Shown here: positions 56,001 through 64,000 of the stretch, piece by piece
How the letters are laid out: each line of letters begins with the position of its first letter
Numbering within the stretch: position 1 is the stretch's first letter
Assembly (NCBI GenBank): GCA_015231405.1
Contig: JADGBR010000003.1
Span: forward strand, 29,549-93,548
DNA: 64,000 bases
From: Candidatus Omnitrophota bacterium
Lineage (GTDB): Bacteria; Omnitrophota; Gorgyraeia; Tantalellales; Tantalellaceae
Direction: 5' to 3'
Notes under the pieces: generated by a model
Database searches by the model: none
Told to the model about the DNA's origin: nothing
What the model saw: the letters and a program-made list of their open reading frames with translations, nothing else
Made by a program: the position numbers and the translations under genes

Positions 56001-59000
56001 CCTGGAGTGAAGCTGAACGTTAGCGTAGAGACCGGTGAGCTTATGCCCAATTTTAGCGAGATGGTAAATGTCGTAATGGCCGCGCGAAATGAAGTGGCAC
56101 AGTCCATGGGAGATGAAATAGCGGATGTTCACGTGGACGGAGCGGCTGAGGAGTATGACCATGAAGCCGGCGTATATGTCGTTACCAAACTCACAATAAC
56201 GGCAAAGGAATACGTCTTTACGTATGTTGACAAGAAAGACGGTCAAGGAATGAGGATAGAAGCGGTGTATAACAAGAATACCGGCCTGGAACTACTGGGT
56301 AAGGCTATTGAACAGCTGAAGAACTTAATGAACCCGACAAGTTATGAGCTTTCATATTGGGGCACGGGAGAGGGTTGCATGGGCTTCGCGTTCATGCTCC
56401 CTGACGGCCCCAAAGTGAAGTTGAATATAAACGCCGAGACCGGCGAGCTTATGCCTGACCTTGACAATATGGCCTCGGTGATCATGGGGGTAAGAGAGGA
56501 AGTCGCGAAGCTTGCGGAAATTGACATTTCTCTAACCCATGTCGACGGAGCGGTCGAGAACTATGATGATGTAACCCGTCTTTACGTTGTCAGCAATCTG
56601 ACCATAACAACGGATAAATATATTTTTACTTACGAGATCGCCCAAGACGGGTCCGGGATGAGACTGGTAGAACGCGTCGACCGGCCGGCCCCGTTGTCGC
56701 AGGTGAACGCCGGTAAAGAAGCTTTGGCGGCGCTCCTCCGCTCGCCGAACGGCGCCGAAGATATAGTTTTCATCGGCACGGACCCGGATAACGCCTTGAA
56801 GCTAAAATATCAGTATGCTCAAGTGACTGTTTATCTTAAGGTCATTCCGGAAGAAGGAACATATACTAAAAATATAAAGTACAGGGTAGATTTTCCCGCC
56901 GGCATGAGAGAATCGATAGAAGCCGCTTATGCCTCCGCGATAGTGCGCCTTGAGGACGTTACTTACTGGGGGATCACAGGCATGAACGGGGATCTCTCCG
57001 AAGATCTCTGGATACCGGGATATTCTGTCACGATCAACGCGGAAAAGGGAGCGATAGTATATAATTGCGGGATCCGGAACGATATGACCGTTGATCGGGA
57101 AGCGTCGAATTATGTCTTTACGAGGCCTGAAAACGCGGAGGATTCCGTGATATTAACTTTCAAGGGAGAGGAAATAATGGCATGGGGCAGGATCCGGCTA
57201 CTGCCATTAACTCTCTCGGATAAAGAAACCGGGAAGACACTGGTCTCATTCCGTCATGTATTTGACAATAGCGGCGCGGTGGCATGGACTATCGCCGAAT
57301 ACTACCAGGGCGAGAACGTAATACTTACGCGCAGCGAAAAAGGCGCGATCGATCCCGTGGACATAGGGAGATTAGGCGAGAATTGCGCCTACGCGCTCCT
57401 GGCCATAGAAAAAATGGCGTATAACACTCATCCAGACCTATCTTCATTCGAGCTATTGAACGTGAAGGAAGAAGGTGACAATGTCATTGTCTCTCTCAGA
57501 ATGTCTCTGGGCAGGGATAGCGTCTTCGGGACATTTTCGGTGAGTAAGATCAGCCTGGTAGTCACTCCGGCAGATAATTATCCGGACTTGAAATACGGCA
57601 TTGATTACGTATACGACGAAACCGGCAGGGTCACGATCACGAGGCTGACGACGCCTCAAGGCGAAGAACTTACCATAATAGGTAAGCTTGAACCTTTGGT
57701 CCTTGTCAGGGGAGAATACCCGGTCTCAAAAATCCTTGAAGCAAGGCGTGTTCTGGCCGAAGAGCTCAGCCAGAACGCGAGCTCGATAAATATCGGCGAA
57801 GTCTGGGAATTTGGCGGTAGAACCCTCGTGAGTCTTGTGCCGACCGCCATTAGTATCGGTTCAAATTTGATCGTCGGGGTAAAGGATACGCCTTCGGAGG
57901 ATACCGACGGGGACGGAAAGCTTGACGCCAGCGAAGACCTGGACGGCGACTGGAAGCTTGACGTGAACGAGGACCTTGACGGCGACGGGAATCTGGACAT
58001 AGACGAGCAGGCCCTCGCTGCAGCGGAGTTCTCGACATGGACGGTGAATGGGCGGTTCGACGTGGATAATGATGGCCGTATGGATATTAACGAGGACATT
58101 GACGGCGACGGGCATCTGGACTTATATGAAGATTTAGACGATGACGGCATCCTGGATATAGAAGAGGATGTTAACGGTGACGATGTTCTTAATGGTCCCG
58201 GGATAAAGGCCGAGATTTTGGATCCTTCTGTCCTGTCCAGGGCCATTAAAATCGCCAGGGAACGCGCGAAGAGCCTGAACATAGAATTGGGTAAGATCCA
58301 GAAAATTGAAACGATAGGGCAAGACGAGGTACATATATGTTATGACTCCGATCTCGGCGATGTCATTACCAATGTGCGCCTCGACGGTAACGGCCTGGCG
58401 ATCCTCGCGCGATTCGATCTAAGGCTGAATGGAATGAACCGGACAATATATTTCGAGGAGGTTAACGGAAAAATGCTGGCCCAGGGGATAGCGGACTCCT
58501 CGAGCAATAAAACGCTGGTGAAATTAAAGTATCAATACTTCTCGAATACCGGAGAGATCTACCTTACGGAATTGATCTTCAGGGACGGGAAAAGGCTTGT
58601 CTTCCATGGCGAGGTCGATCCCTTCGCCCTGGCCAGGGGCGAATATCCGCTGGATGCCATTAAGGTAGCGCTCAGAAAGGTCGCGGAAACCATCGGCCAT
58701 ACGGACGCGAGCACTATACAGATAAAGGCATGGAGCGATAATAACGGTGAATTTGACCTGGAACTGGTGACGACCGAGAACGCGGCCCATATGAATTTCG
58801 CGGTAAAAATCACGAAGAGCGATAACGGCGGGTATGAGGTAGTGTTCCCCGACAAAATGATAGAGGCCATAGACCGGACGCGCGGACTTTGCCTATGGCA
58901 GGTCCTTGATCCTGTAAGAGTGCATGACATAAGGATACGTGAGAGCGAGGCGTATGTCTGGTGGGAAACGAAGTATGGCGATAAGGATGTCAATCTGACG

Positions 59001-61934
59001 GTAACTTACGATATCGCTCATGATACCGGGCTTGTCGATCTCATCGCGAGTATAGACGCGAAAGGGTTATTAAACGCGTACGATTTCATGAATACGCTTC
59101 TTGCCGCGTACGGGCCTTTCGGGGCGGTACCCGGAACGAGGTTATACACGCTCATTAACACGATAAACCAGACCGACGCGTACGGGAATGAGCTGGGAGC
59201 TGAGGAGTATAAGGAAAAGCTGCTGGCAGCCGCCGGGGCGTTCGGAGACCGGGACCTTGTTGTCCGTGAGATGAGCGTCATTGTCACGGACGCGAAGCTT
59301 TTCAATTACAACGCCGTGATCACGTATGAACAGCATGAGTCTGGCAGGCTTGTCCCTGACAGGATAGAGGATGGCCATGGCAATGTTCTTGTCAGTTTCA
59401 GCTACGAGATGGTAGAGAAGTGGGATAAAGAAAACAACGCGTACGTGTGGGATATGATTACCACCGTGACATTCAATAACGCGAGCCCTTATGCCGATCC
59501 TTGTGACTCCGGGCCTATTACCGTGGCGGGAGTGCCGGAGGGTATTATGAACCTTGTGACCAATAAACTCACTGATACCTGGCTATTCTGGGTATTTGCC
59601 AGGAACGAGGTGGATGATCTGTATCAGTCATATTTCCTGAGGGAGCCGAACGTCGAGATGGTGTCCTACTGGGTGGACGCGGCGCGTGAACGCGGCCTAA
59701 CACGCCTCTTATCCGACCTTGGGACCGGCTTGGATAATATCAGATCGCTTGCGGGCGTAAGCGCTAGAGGCGAGGATATTGACGGTGACGGGAATCTTGA
59801 CATAGACGAGCAGGCCCTAGCTGCCGCGGAGTTCTCGACATGGACGGCGAACGGGCGGTTCGACGCGGATAATGACGGCAATATGGACAACAACGAGGAC
59901 ATTGACGGCGACGGGCATTTAGACGCCATGAATGAGGATATCGACGGAGACAGGAATTTCGATACGGGTGAGGATACTAACCATAACGGCGTTCTTGATC
60001 CGGGAGAGGATATCGACGGGGACGGAGTGCTTGACCTGTCCGAGGACCTGGACGGTGACGGGAATCTTGACATAGACGAGCAGGCCCTAGCAGCTTCGGT
60101 GTTCTCTACATGGACGGCTAACGGGAAATTCGATGTGGATAATGACGGCATAACGGACTCCAACGAGGACATTGACGCTGACGGGCATTTAGACGCCGTG
60201 AATGAGGATATCGACGGCGATCTCCATTTCGATTCCGGGGAATACGCTCAGCCAAATGCCGGATGGCCGTGTACGGACCGAGACGCGCTCATGATAGTGG
60301 CGCATTTCAGCGATATTATGGACAAAGGGGCAAGAGACCTCTCCGGGGACAATATCGTCGATAACTGCGACCTTACGATCTCAGGGCTCGTTTATGAGCT
60401 TGCTATCCACTACCGTGACTCTCTTAGCGCGGATATGCTCCGCATATTCGACGCCGACATGAACGGCGCGGTCGAGCGCACCGATGCGGACCTGGCCGCT
60501 CTTAAGATAGCTTACGGGGACGGAAGAACATTAGGTAAGATAAAGGAATTCGCGGACATTTTGGCGGAGGATCCTCTGGGCGGGCTGGATAAAGAGAGGG
60601 CGGGCGAGATATATGATCTGGCAATAAAATATTCATCGATCCTGGATGAAAGCGTCCTCGCCAAACTCGACCGTGACGGCGACCGGTGTATTACGGAAGC
60701 TGACAAAGAACGGTTTATTTCAGTTATAGACCGGGCCGTAGAAGAGATCGCTCTCGTCAGGGAGGGAACGTCCCGTATATCGGCAGATCAGCTGGACCTT
60801 AACGGTGACGGAGGCGTTGATATGTACGATTACAACAATGCGCAAATGGTCCGCAAATACGCCGAGGTATATTTTAATTATTTGGATGAGGAAACCGCGG
60901 CGCTATTGACGGCGAACCCGCTGAACGTTGTGCTTGAAAGGATCAAGATGGCGCTTGCCGGGATCAGGACGGTCGTCGATTATGTGAAAAAGATGACTGA
61001 CGTGCTGTCCGGTGTGAACGGGGACATAGCTTCCGTTGTCGGTGAGAACGGGTTCATTGATAAGTTATACGAACTCGCTATCCGGTACGAGGGTTATCTT
61101 CCGAGGGAATCATTCCAGGCCCTGAACCGCGACGGGAATACGGTCCTGGATATTACGGATAAAGAAGCCGTCATCGCCGAGATAAACTCGATGGCCGGCC
61201 AGCGCGACGCAAAAAAGTCTTTCGACGTGACGAGGGCCGATGGGACGAAGGAAACATATACAATGGCGACGGTCGGTGAGTCCACGAAAACCCTTATAAC
61301 GCAGAAGGTCAATACTGACGGGACATATGTCGTTTTTGAAACGTATCACAAGGGGACCGGCACCGATAACCTGAGCCTGAAATACAGTTCGGTCGATAAT
61401 AAATTACTGGCTCAGTATAAGAAATATTCTAACGGCAGGGTATCGGGAGCCCTTTACACCGACCCGGATGAGTTCGGGAACGTCTATTACCACTTCGCAA
61501 ACGAGGATTATTACTCTACCTCGGAAAAAGACGCGCCTTTTGTGGGCAGGATCGATATGATACAGAGGGCCTCCGCCGATGAGGCGGGCGCCATATCGTA
61601 CAAGATCTACTACAAAGGCGACAGCGGCGTGGCCAGATCGGTTTACGCTTATTCGAAATTGTCCTTCAGCGGAACTGTTTACATGTATGAATATGACGAA
61701 AATAACAAGCTCGTCAAAGTGAAAGATTTCCTGAACAATAAAGAGCTTGAGATCGGAGCGGCGGATATGGCGACATCTTCGGCACAACTCGATAAAAAGA
61801 AAGATATGGTCCAGCAGGTAATGGAGGATGAGATGAACGCCATGAAAACCGTCCAGAACATACTTGTCAAGAACAAGGCTTCGGAAAACCTGAAAGCCCA
61901 GCTGATGAACGTCAAAAGCAAGGAAGGGATATGA
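53013..61934 (+). CDS. Giant secreted/surface protein (2973 aa) with tandem internal repeats, Asp-rich Ca-binding (EDxDGDGxLD) arrays and dockerin/EF-hand-like loops
   Basis: Sec-like signal ending GVAFA; acidic composition; EDLDGDGNLD arrays at ~57897-58193 and ~59772-60236; DLNGDGGVDMYD, DRDGDRCITEAD and similar loops; DUF4214-like VDDLYQSYFLREP..VSYW; GGGAG RBS. Confidence 0.9.
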   Translation: MNKHLVCLKGMVIIFTLLVSATLGVAFAENDILQDFKSNLETIHGMKIDLDKIVVNPDFPGGILVSYSDEMTNWAIDAVYLADGKLGQVRFGSLNSKIAIEVTQSTWALDTWNETVQEGEFYRGDPGKNTVTFGVDPQSGEIRFYYSAQFGYAPEKIAWASPLRLDDLRELLGRFYQVNDMAEELTVKLRQYQAELLTLAPVEDKLDRASEEYTVMYNAYIRYDGSLRVQFPVTDIQLAAAWHLPKTKRQELINRINAALVNDPIDIEELKLLLNENVMGIEESVDSFNGIRDMFLSGIEEVRLAIRGMDEVNDMAAGFKKEIEALYGRDIDGQAINIVDITETAEGIEAMITVTEDDLSLRFKVVVKGGSITEITSENSHGVSFMDICMFIRQSVAEGMLIDTKEARIIGIGVTPAGDYEFLIEAGDLEVKCLYNDAPNDKYIITSALSRSTGVDYLAKGTEYFKEVFNGVNGLAVRAHMFPGYPQMALLFQGPKGESSIGIWVMLDSKGGAYCTDDRDGRTLPDKALSIRKEVADGLKIDINEVQINGMDVMASGEYIFYVDMADGEYSFTYIWSADGSGIRLESVRNNISGLHASVIYENIRMVNGYDHLMPMRIIDSENGGILVYMNYSFIPGDDPAGPNHIELTGLYYPGGATLRILGAVDPLKLATGGYCIPEMLLARNAVREMLNIDPSGIAIGEVVQGPEDTYRISVKPDGAGFPESIIVTVKDGAIEDINNDEKYGVSFPEKCLFIREQVAAGLSIGIDKVSINGIGMTAAGDYELLADANDLEVKCLYNDAPNDRYIITSALSRSTGVDYLAKGTDYFKEVFNGVNGLAVRAHMFAGTDQMALIFQGPKGESPIGIWVVLDSKGGAYCTDDRDGRTMPDKALSIRKEVADGLMMDIKEVYINGMNVKYGGDHEFLVDAGEYSFVYIWPGDGSGIRMVEAFNNRTGKDLLSKAVEALSDVFNPTSYVLSYWGSGEGCMGFAFRLPDGPGVKLNVSVETGELMPNFSEMVNVVMAARNEVAQSMGDEIADVHVDGAAEEYDHEAGVYVVTKLTITAKEYVFTYVDKKDGQGMRIEAVYNKNTGLELLGKAIEQLKNLMNPTSYELSYWGTGEGCMGFAFMLPDGPKVKLNINAETGELMPDLDNMASVIMGVREEVAKLAEIDISLTHVDGAVENYDDVTRLYVVSNLTITTDKYIFTYEIAQDGSGMRLVERVDRPAPLSQVNAGKEALAALLRSPNGAEDIVFIGTDPDNALKLKYQYAQVTVYLKVIPEEGTYTKNIKYRVDFPAGMRESIEAAYASAIVRLEDVTYWGITGMNGDLSEDLWIPGYSVTINAEKGAIVYNCGIRNDMTVDREASNYVFTRPENAEDSVILTFKGEEIMAWGRIRLLPLTLSDKETGKTLVSFRHVFDNSGAVAWTIAEYYQGENVILTRSEKGAIDPVDIGRLGENCAYALLAIEKMAYNTHPDLSSFELLNVKEEGDNVIVSLRMSLGRDSVFGTFSVSKISLVVTPADNYPDLKYGIDYVYDETGRVTITRLTTPQGEELTIIGKLEPLVLVRGEYPVSKILEARRVLAEELSQNASSINIGEVWEFGGRTLVSLVPTAISIGSNLIVGVKDTPSEDTDGDGKLDASEDLDGDWKLDVNEDLDGDGNLDIDEQALAAAEFSTWTVNGRFDVDNDGRMDINEDIDGDGHLDLYEDLDDDGILDIEEDVNGDDVLNGPGIKAEILDPSVLSRAIKIARERAKSLNIELGKIQKIETIGQDEVHICYDSDLGDVITNVRLDGNGLAILARFDLRLNGMNRTIYFEEVNGKMLAQGIADSSSNKTLVKLKYQYFSNTGEIYLTELIFRDGKRLVFHGEVDPFALARGEYPLDAIKVALRKVAETIGHTDASTIQIKAWSDNNGEFDLELVTTENAAHMNFAVKITKSDNGGYEVVFPDKMIEAIDRTRGLCLWQVLDPVRVHDIRIRESEAYVWWETKYGDKDVNLTVTYDIAHDTGLVDLIASIDAKGLLNAYDFMNTLLAAYGPFGAVPGTRLYTLINTINQTDAYGNELGAEEYKEKLLAAAGAFGDRDLVVREMSVIVTDAKLFNYNAVITYEQHESGRLVPDRIEDGHGNVLVSFSYEMVEKWDKENNAYVWDMITTVTFNNASPYADPCDSGPITVAGVPEGIMNLVTNKLTDTWLFWVFARNEVDDLYQSYFLREPNVEMVSYWVDAARERGLTRLLSDLGTGLDNIRSLAGVSARGEDIDGDGNLDIDEQALAAAEFSTWTANGRFDADNDGNMDNNEDIDGDGHLDAMNEDIDGDRNFDTGEDTNHNGVLDPGEDIDGDGVLDLSEDLDGDGNLDIDEQALAASVFSTWTANGKFDVDNDGITDSNEDIDADGHLDAVNEDIDGDLHFDSGEYAQPNAGWPCTDRDALMIVAHFSDIMDKGARDLSGDNIVDNCDLTISGLVYELAIHYRDSLSADMLRIFDADMNGAVERTDADLAALKIAYGDGRTLGKIKEFADILAEDPLGGLDKERAGEIYDLAIKYSSILDESVLAKLDRDGDRCITEADKERFISVIDRAVEEIALVREGTSRISADQLDLNGDGGVDMYDYNNAQMVRKYAEVYFNYLDEETAALLTANPLNVVLERIKMALAGIRTVVDYVKKMTDVLSGVNGDIASVVGENGFIDKLYELAIRYEGYLPRESFQALNRDGNTVLDITDKEAVIAEINSMAGQRDAKKSFDVTRADGTKETYTMATVGESTKTLITQKVNTDGTYVVFETYHKGTGTDNLSLKYSSVDNKLLAQYKKYSNGRVSGALYTDPDEFGNVYYHFANEDYYSTSEKDAPFVGRIDMIQRASADEAGAISYKIYYKGDSGVARSVYAYSKLSFSGTVYMYEYDENNKLVKVKDFLNNKELEIGAADMATSSAQLDKKKDMVQQVMEDEMNAMKTVQNILVKNKASENLKAQLMNVKSKEGI
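54306..55715 (+). repeat. Recent 321-bp intragenic direct duplication (54306-54626 and 55395-55715)
   Basis: Near-identical DNA at offset 1089 bp encoding KCLYNDAPND..KEVADG; differences are largely synonymous. Confidence 0.9.
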
Positions 61935-61940
61935 TCCGTC

Positions 61941-61982
61941 CGGAACGGTTATCCCCGGGGTTACCCGGGGATAACCGTTCCG
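61941..61982. terminator. Perfect 19-bp GC-rich hairpin immediately after the giant surface protein gene (terminator-like or 3' stabilizer)
   Basis: CGGAACGGTTATCCCCGGG-gtta-CCCGGGGATAACCGTTCCG, 6 nt after the stop codon; no U-tract. Confidence 0.6.
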
Positions 61983-62049
61983 CGACTCCCCGGACAAGAC
62001 CCCTAAATGGATAGTGCAACCATTTGGCTGATTTTGATCACGCTATCGG

Positions 62050-62493
62050 CGAGGTGTGGACATCCTCTTCAAGCCTTCCCCCGGGAATTTCTTAACGCCT
62101 TCCACATGCCGTTTTTAGACCTTGCGCATTCACCCTCCTCCGCCCTGAACCACTCGCTTTGCTGCTCGGGTACAGGGCTTCGGAGGGTGAGACGCAAGAA
62201 AGGGGGTTGTCATAAAAACGGCATGTTAAAGGCTAAAATTCCCCAAGGGGCCCCTTTGCTTAAAGAGGATATCCACACCTTGACCCGTCCCCGTCATGGA
62301 TCAGTCCATGAATTTTCAGGTTATTCAACGAGGGGTGAAGGCGTGAAGGAGATGGGGTTCTTCGTACGGCACTTTGCCGTCCTAACATCCAAAGTAGTCT
62401 TGTGCGTGGACCTTGCAAGCATTACTATGAAGACCACATACCGAACTAGAAGTTTGCAAAGTGCCGGTAGAAGGTTCCCATCTCCTTCCCGCC
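62050..62493. ncRNA. Putative large structured non-coding element: two long rod-like hairpins (62050-62282 and 62340-62493)
   Basis: Nested complementary blocks, e.g. GGTGTGGA/TCCACACC, ATCCTCTT/AAGAGGAT, ACATGCCGTTTTTA/TAAAAACGGCATGT, TCACCCTCC/GGAGGGTGA; and GAAGGAGATGGG/CCCATCTCCTTC, GGCACTTTGC/GCAAAGTGCC. Family not identified. Confidence 0.5.
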
Positions 62494-62584
62494 ATCGCGA
62501 CGAGAAGCAAGGAACTCTTAGAAAGTCAGCATGCTTTTCACACTATCATCTAAATGTTATTTCCCGCCGCAGGTTTTTAAAGCA

Positions 62585-62593
62585 TGCTATAAT
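62585..62593 (+). promoter_or_regulatory. Extended -10 promoter element for the deaminase operon
   Basis: TGCTATAAT 33 bp upstream of ATG 62627. Confidence 0.6.
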
Positions 62594-62626
62594 TATTACC
62601 GGAGAATGTTCAACCGGGAGATAAAA

Positions 62627-63064
62627 ATGGACCGATATATGAAAGACGCGATCGAGGAAGCCAGGAGAGGGCTGGATGAGGGCGGGATACCTATCGGGTC
62701 GGTCATCGTTCATAGGGGCAAGGTGATCGGGCGTGGGCATAACAGGCGTGTCCAGAAGGGGAGCGTGGTGCTCCATGGGGAGATGGACGCACTGGAGAAC
62801 GCCGGGCGCCTTCCGGCTTCGGTATATAAAGAGTGCGTTCTTTACACTACTCTTTCGCCCTGTCCCATGTGCTCGGGGGCGATACTCCTTTACGGTATAC
62901 CGCATGTAGTTATAGGAGAGAACAAAACTTTTTTGGGAGAGGAGGAGCTGCTCCGCTCGCGCGGCGTCAAGGTCGAGGTTCTCGGGGATGCCTCATGCAT
63001 AACGCTTATGGAAGATTTTATTAAGAATAAGCCCCAACTCTGGAATGAGGATATCGGCGTATGA
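62627..63064 (+). CDS. Cytosine/nucleoside deaminase (CDA fold, FCY1-like)
   Basis: GGIPIGSV, GHNRRVQ, HGE, TLSPCPMC; GGGAG RBS before ATG 62627. Confidence 0.92.
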   Translation: MDRYMKDAIEEARRGLDEGGIPIGSVIVHRGKVIGRGHNRRVQKGSVVLHGEMDALENAGRLPASVYKECVLYTTLSPCPMCSGAILLYGIPHVVIGENKTFLGEEELLRSRGVKVEVLGDASCITLMEDFIKNKPQLWNEDIGV

Positions 63065-63273
63065 TGGATTTCAGCCCGGCGAAGATACTGGCCTGCACGA
63101 TCTTCAGCGGAATAGGGTTTGCGGTATTTATTTACGGAAAAAAAGAGAAAGCCATCCCTCCTGCTGTCATAGGCGCGGCTTTAATGGCGTATTCTTATTT
63201 TATCTCCGAGACCCTTTATCTTTATCTCATCGGTATAGCCCTTATCGGGGTGTTATTTATCTGGAGGGATTAG
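63061..63273 (+). CDS. Small membrane protein (70 aa)
   Basis: Three hydrophobic segments, FSGIGFAVFIYGKK motif; ATGA overlap with the deaminase gene. Confidence 0.8.
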   Translation: MMDFSPAKILACTIFSGIGFAVFIYGKKEKAIPPAVIGAALMAYSYFISETLYLYLIGIALIGVLFIWRD

Positions 63274-63390
63274 GGAATGCGCTATGAAGGAACTTTTTCT
63301 GGTGTCCGGGGGTTTAATATATCGGAGGAGATATATCATCGTAAAATCCCGTTTCCATGTTTTGTCAGTCTCCATAAGCGAGGAGGGAAA

Positions 63391-64000
63391 ATGAAGAGTA
63401 AGAGCGGGCTTGTTATTGTCGCCGGGGTAATAGTCGTCCTGATACTTTCCGGTTGCGCCACTTGTCGTATGGCGGAACCGTCCATCGCGGAGTTGAACGC
63501 TGTCAGCCAATTCAAGAAGAAGCTGGCGGTCATAGGCATAAGCGATGACGCTTCTCAGATAAAAGGGGTCGGGGATATCGCTATTACGAACGTCGAATCG
63601 CTTCTCTTCAGGCAGTTCACCTTACTTGAGCGGACCCGGATAAATTCTGTCATCGCCGAGCGGGATTTTATGATTTCGGAGGACCCCCGTAAGGCTGTGG
63701 AGCTGGGGAAGATGCTGGGCGTAGATTACCTGGTATTCGGAACAGCGGCCGCGTCGATATCCGAGCCGCGGGTAAGTCAATCCTCGAATACCGACAGTAA
63801 AGGGAAGTTCGCGGGTTCTATACTTAAACAGCAGACGGTCCAAAGCGTGATCACGCTTAAGATAGTGGACGTGGCAACGGGACTAGTCGTGTTCTCGGAC
63901 AAGCGCGGCGCCAATTTTACGCAAGATATCTACAGCCAGAGCTTTGAGGATCAGAACGCGTTCAACGAGGCGGTAAAGACCGCGTATCTTGTCAGCAATA
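63391..64000 (+). CDS. CsgG/HfaB-family lipoprotein, 3'-truncated (absent from the ORF track)
   Basis: Manual translation: MKSKSGLVIVAGVIVVLILSGC (lipobox), KLAVIG, FTLLERTRINSVIAE, AVELGKMLGVDYLVFG, LKIVDVATGLVVFS; AGGAGG RBS. Confidence 0.85.
   Translation, partial: MKSKSGLVIVAGVIVVLILSGCATCRMAEPSIAELNAVSQFKKKLAVIGISDDASQIKGVGDIAITNVESLLFRQFTLLERTRINSVIAERDFMISEDPRKAVELGKMLGVDYLVFGTAAASISEPRVSQSSNTDSKGKFAGSILKQQTVQSVITLKIVDVATGLVVFSDKRGANFTQDIYSQSFEDQNAFNEAVKTAYLVSN

Noticed and set aside
57897-60236. Possible CRISPR-like array
   Set aside because: The repeats are in-frame coding Asp-rich motifs with codon wobble; there are no unique spacers or cas genes.
39-61997. Numerous 60-240 aa minus-strand and alternate-frame ORFs inside the giant genes
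   Set aside because: They are antisense shadows of long coding frames, Ser/Ile/Phe-rich, with no motifs or RBS.
62007-62624. 205-aa ORF in the track
   Set aside because: No motif or RBS and atypical composition; it overlies the self-complementary region and the deaminase promoter.
62531-62626. N-terminal extension of the deaminase ORF
   Set aside because: The RBS and extended -10 element point to ATG 62627 as the real start.

Overview
This window is dominated by four giant + strand genes: >3881 aa (5'-truncated), 3265 aa, 6951 aa and 2973 aa. The gene sizes and architecture resemble the giant genes of Ca. Omnitrophota (OP3); this taxonomy is inferred, not proven. The first three giants and a 734-aa protein appear to share one chassis. 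The three complete members start with a signal-like N-terminus, an L-[AS]-x-x-S-x-F motif and a small N-domain, and all four end in a related C-terminal region. Between these ends each carries a different string of normally cytoplasmic modules: (1) deaminase, GT-A, ROK, PMI, kinase, HAD and uridine-kinase-like; (2) PTA/PTB, GNAT and winged helix; (3) HExxH, vWA, tandem AAA+ and beta-propellers; (4) CheR-like methyltransferase. The fourth giant is a repeat-rich, Ca-binding surface protein. It is bracketed by a 39-bp inverted repeat, one copy of which forms an arm of a ~450-nt, strongly self-complementary non-coding region (two long rod hairpins) at 62.05-62.49 kb. Ordinary small genes (CBS, NUDIX, DUF2779, DUF2130, cytosine deaminase, CsgG-like lipoprotein) fill the rest. 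No rRNA, tRNA, CRISPR array, intact transposase or recombinase was seen. All domain calls come from motif recognition by eye, not from database searches.
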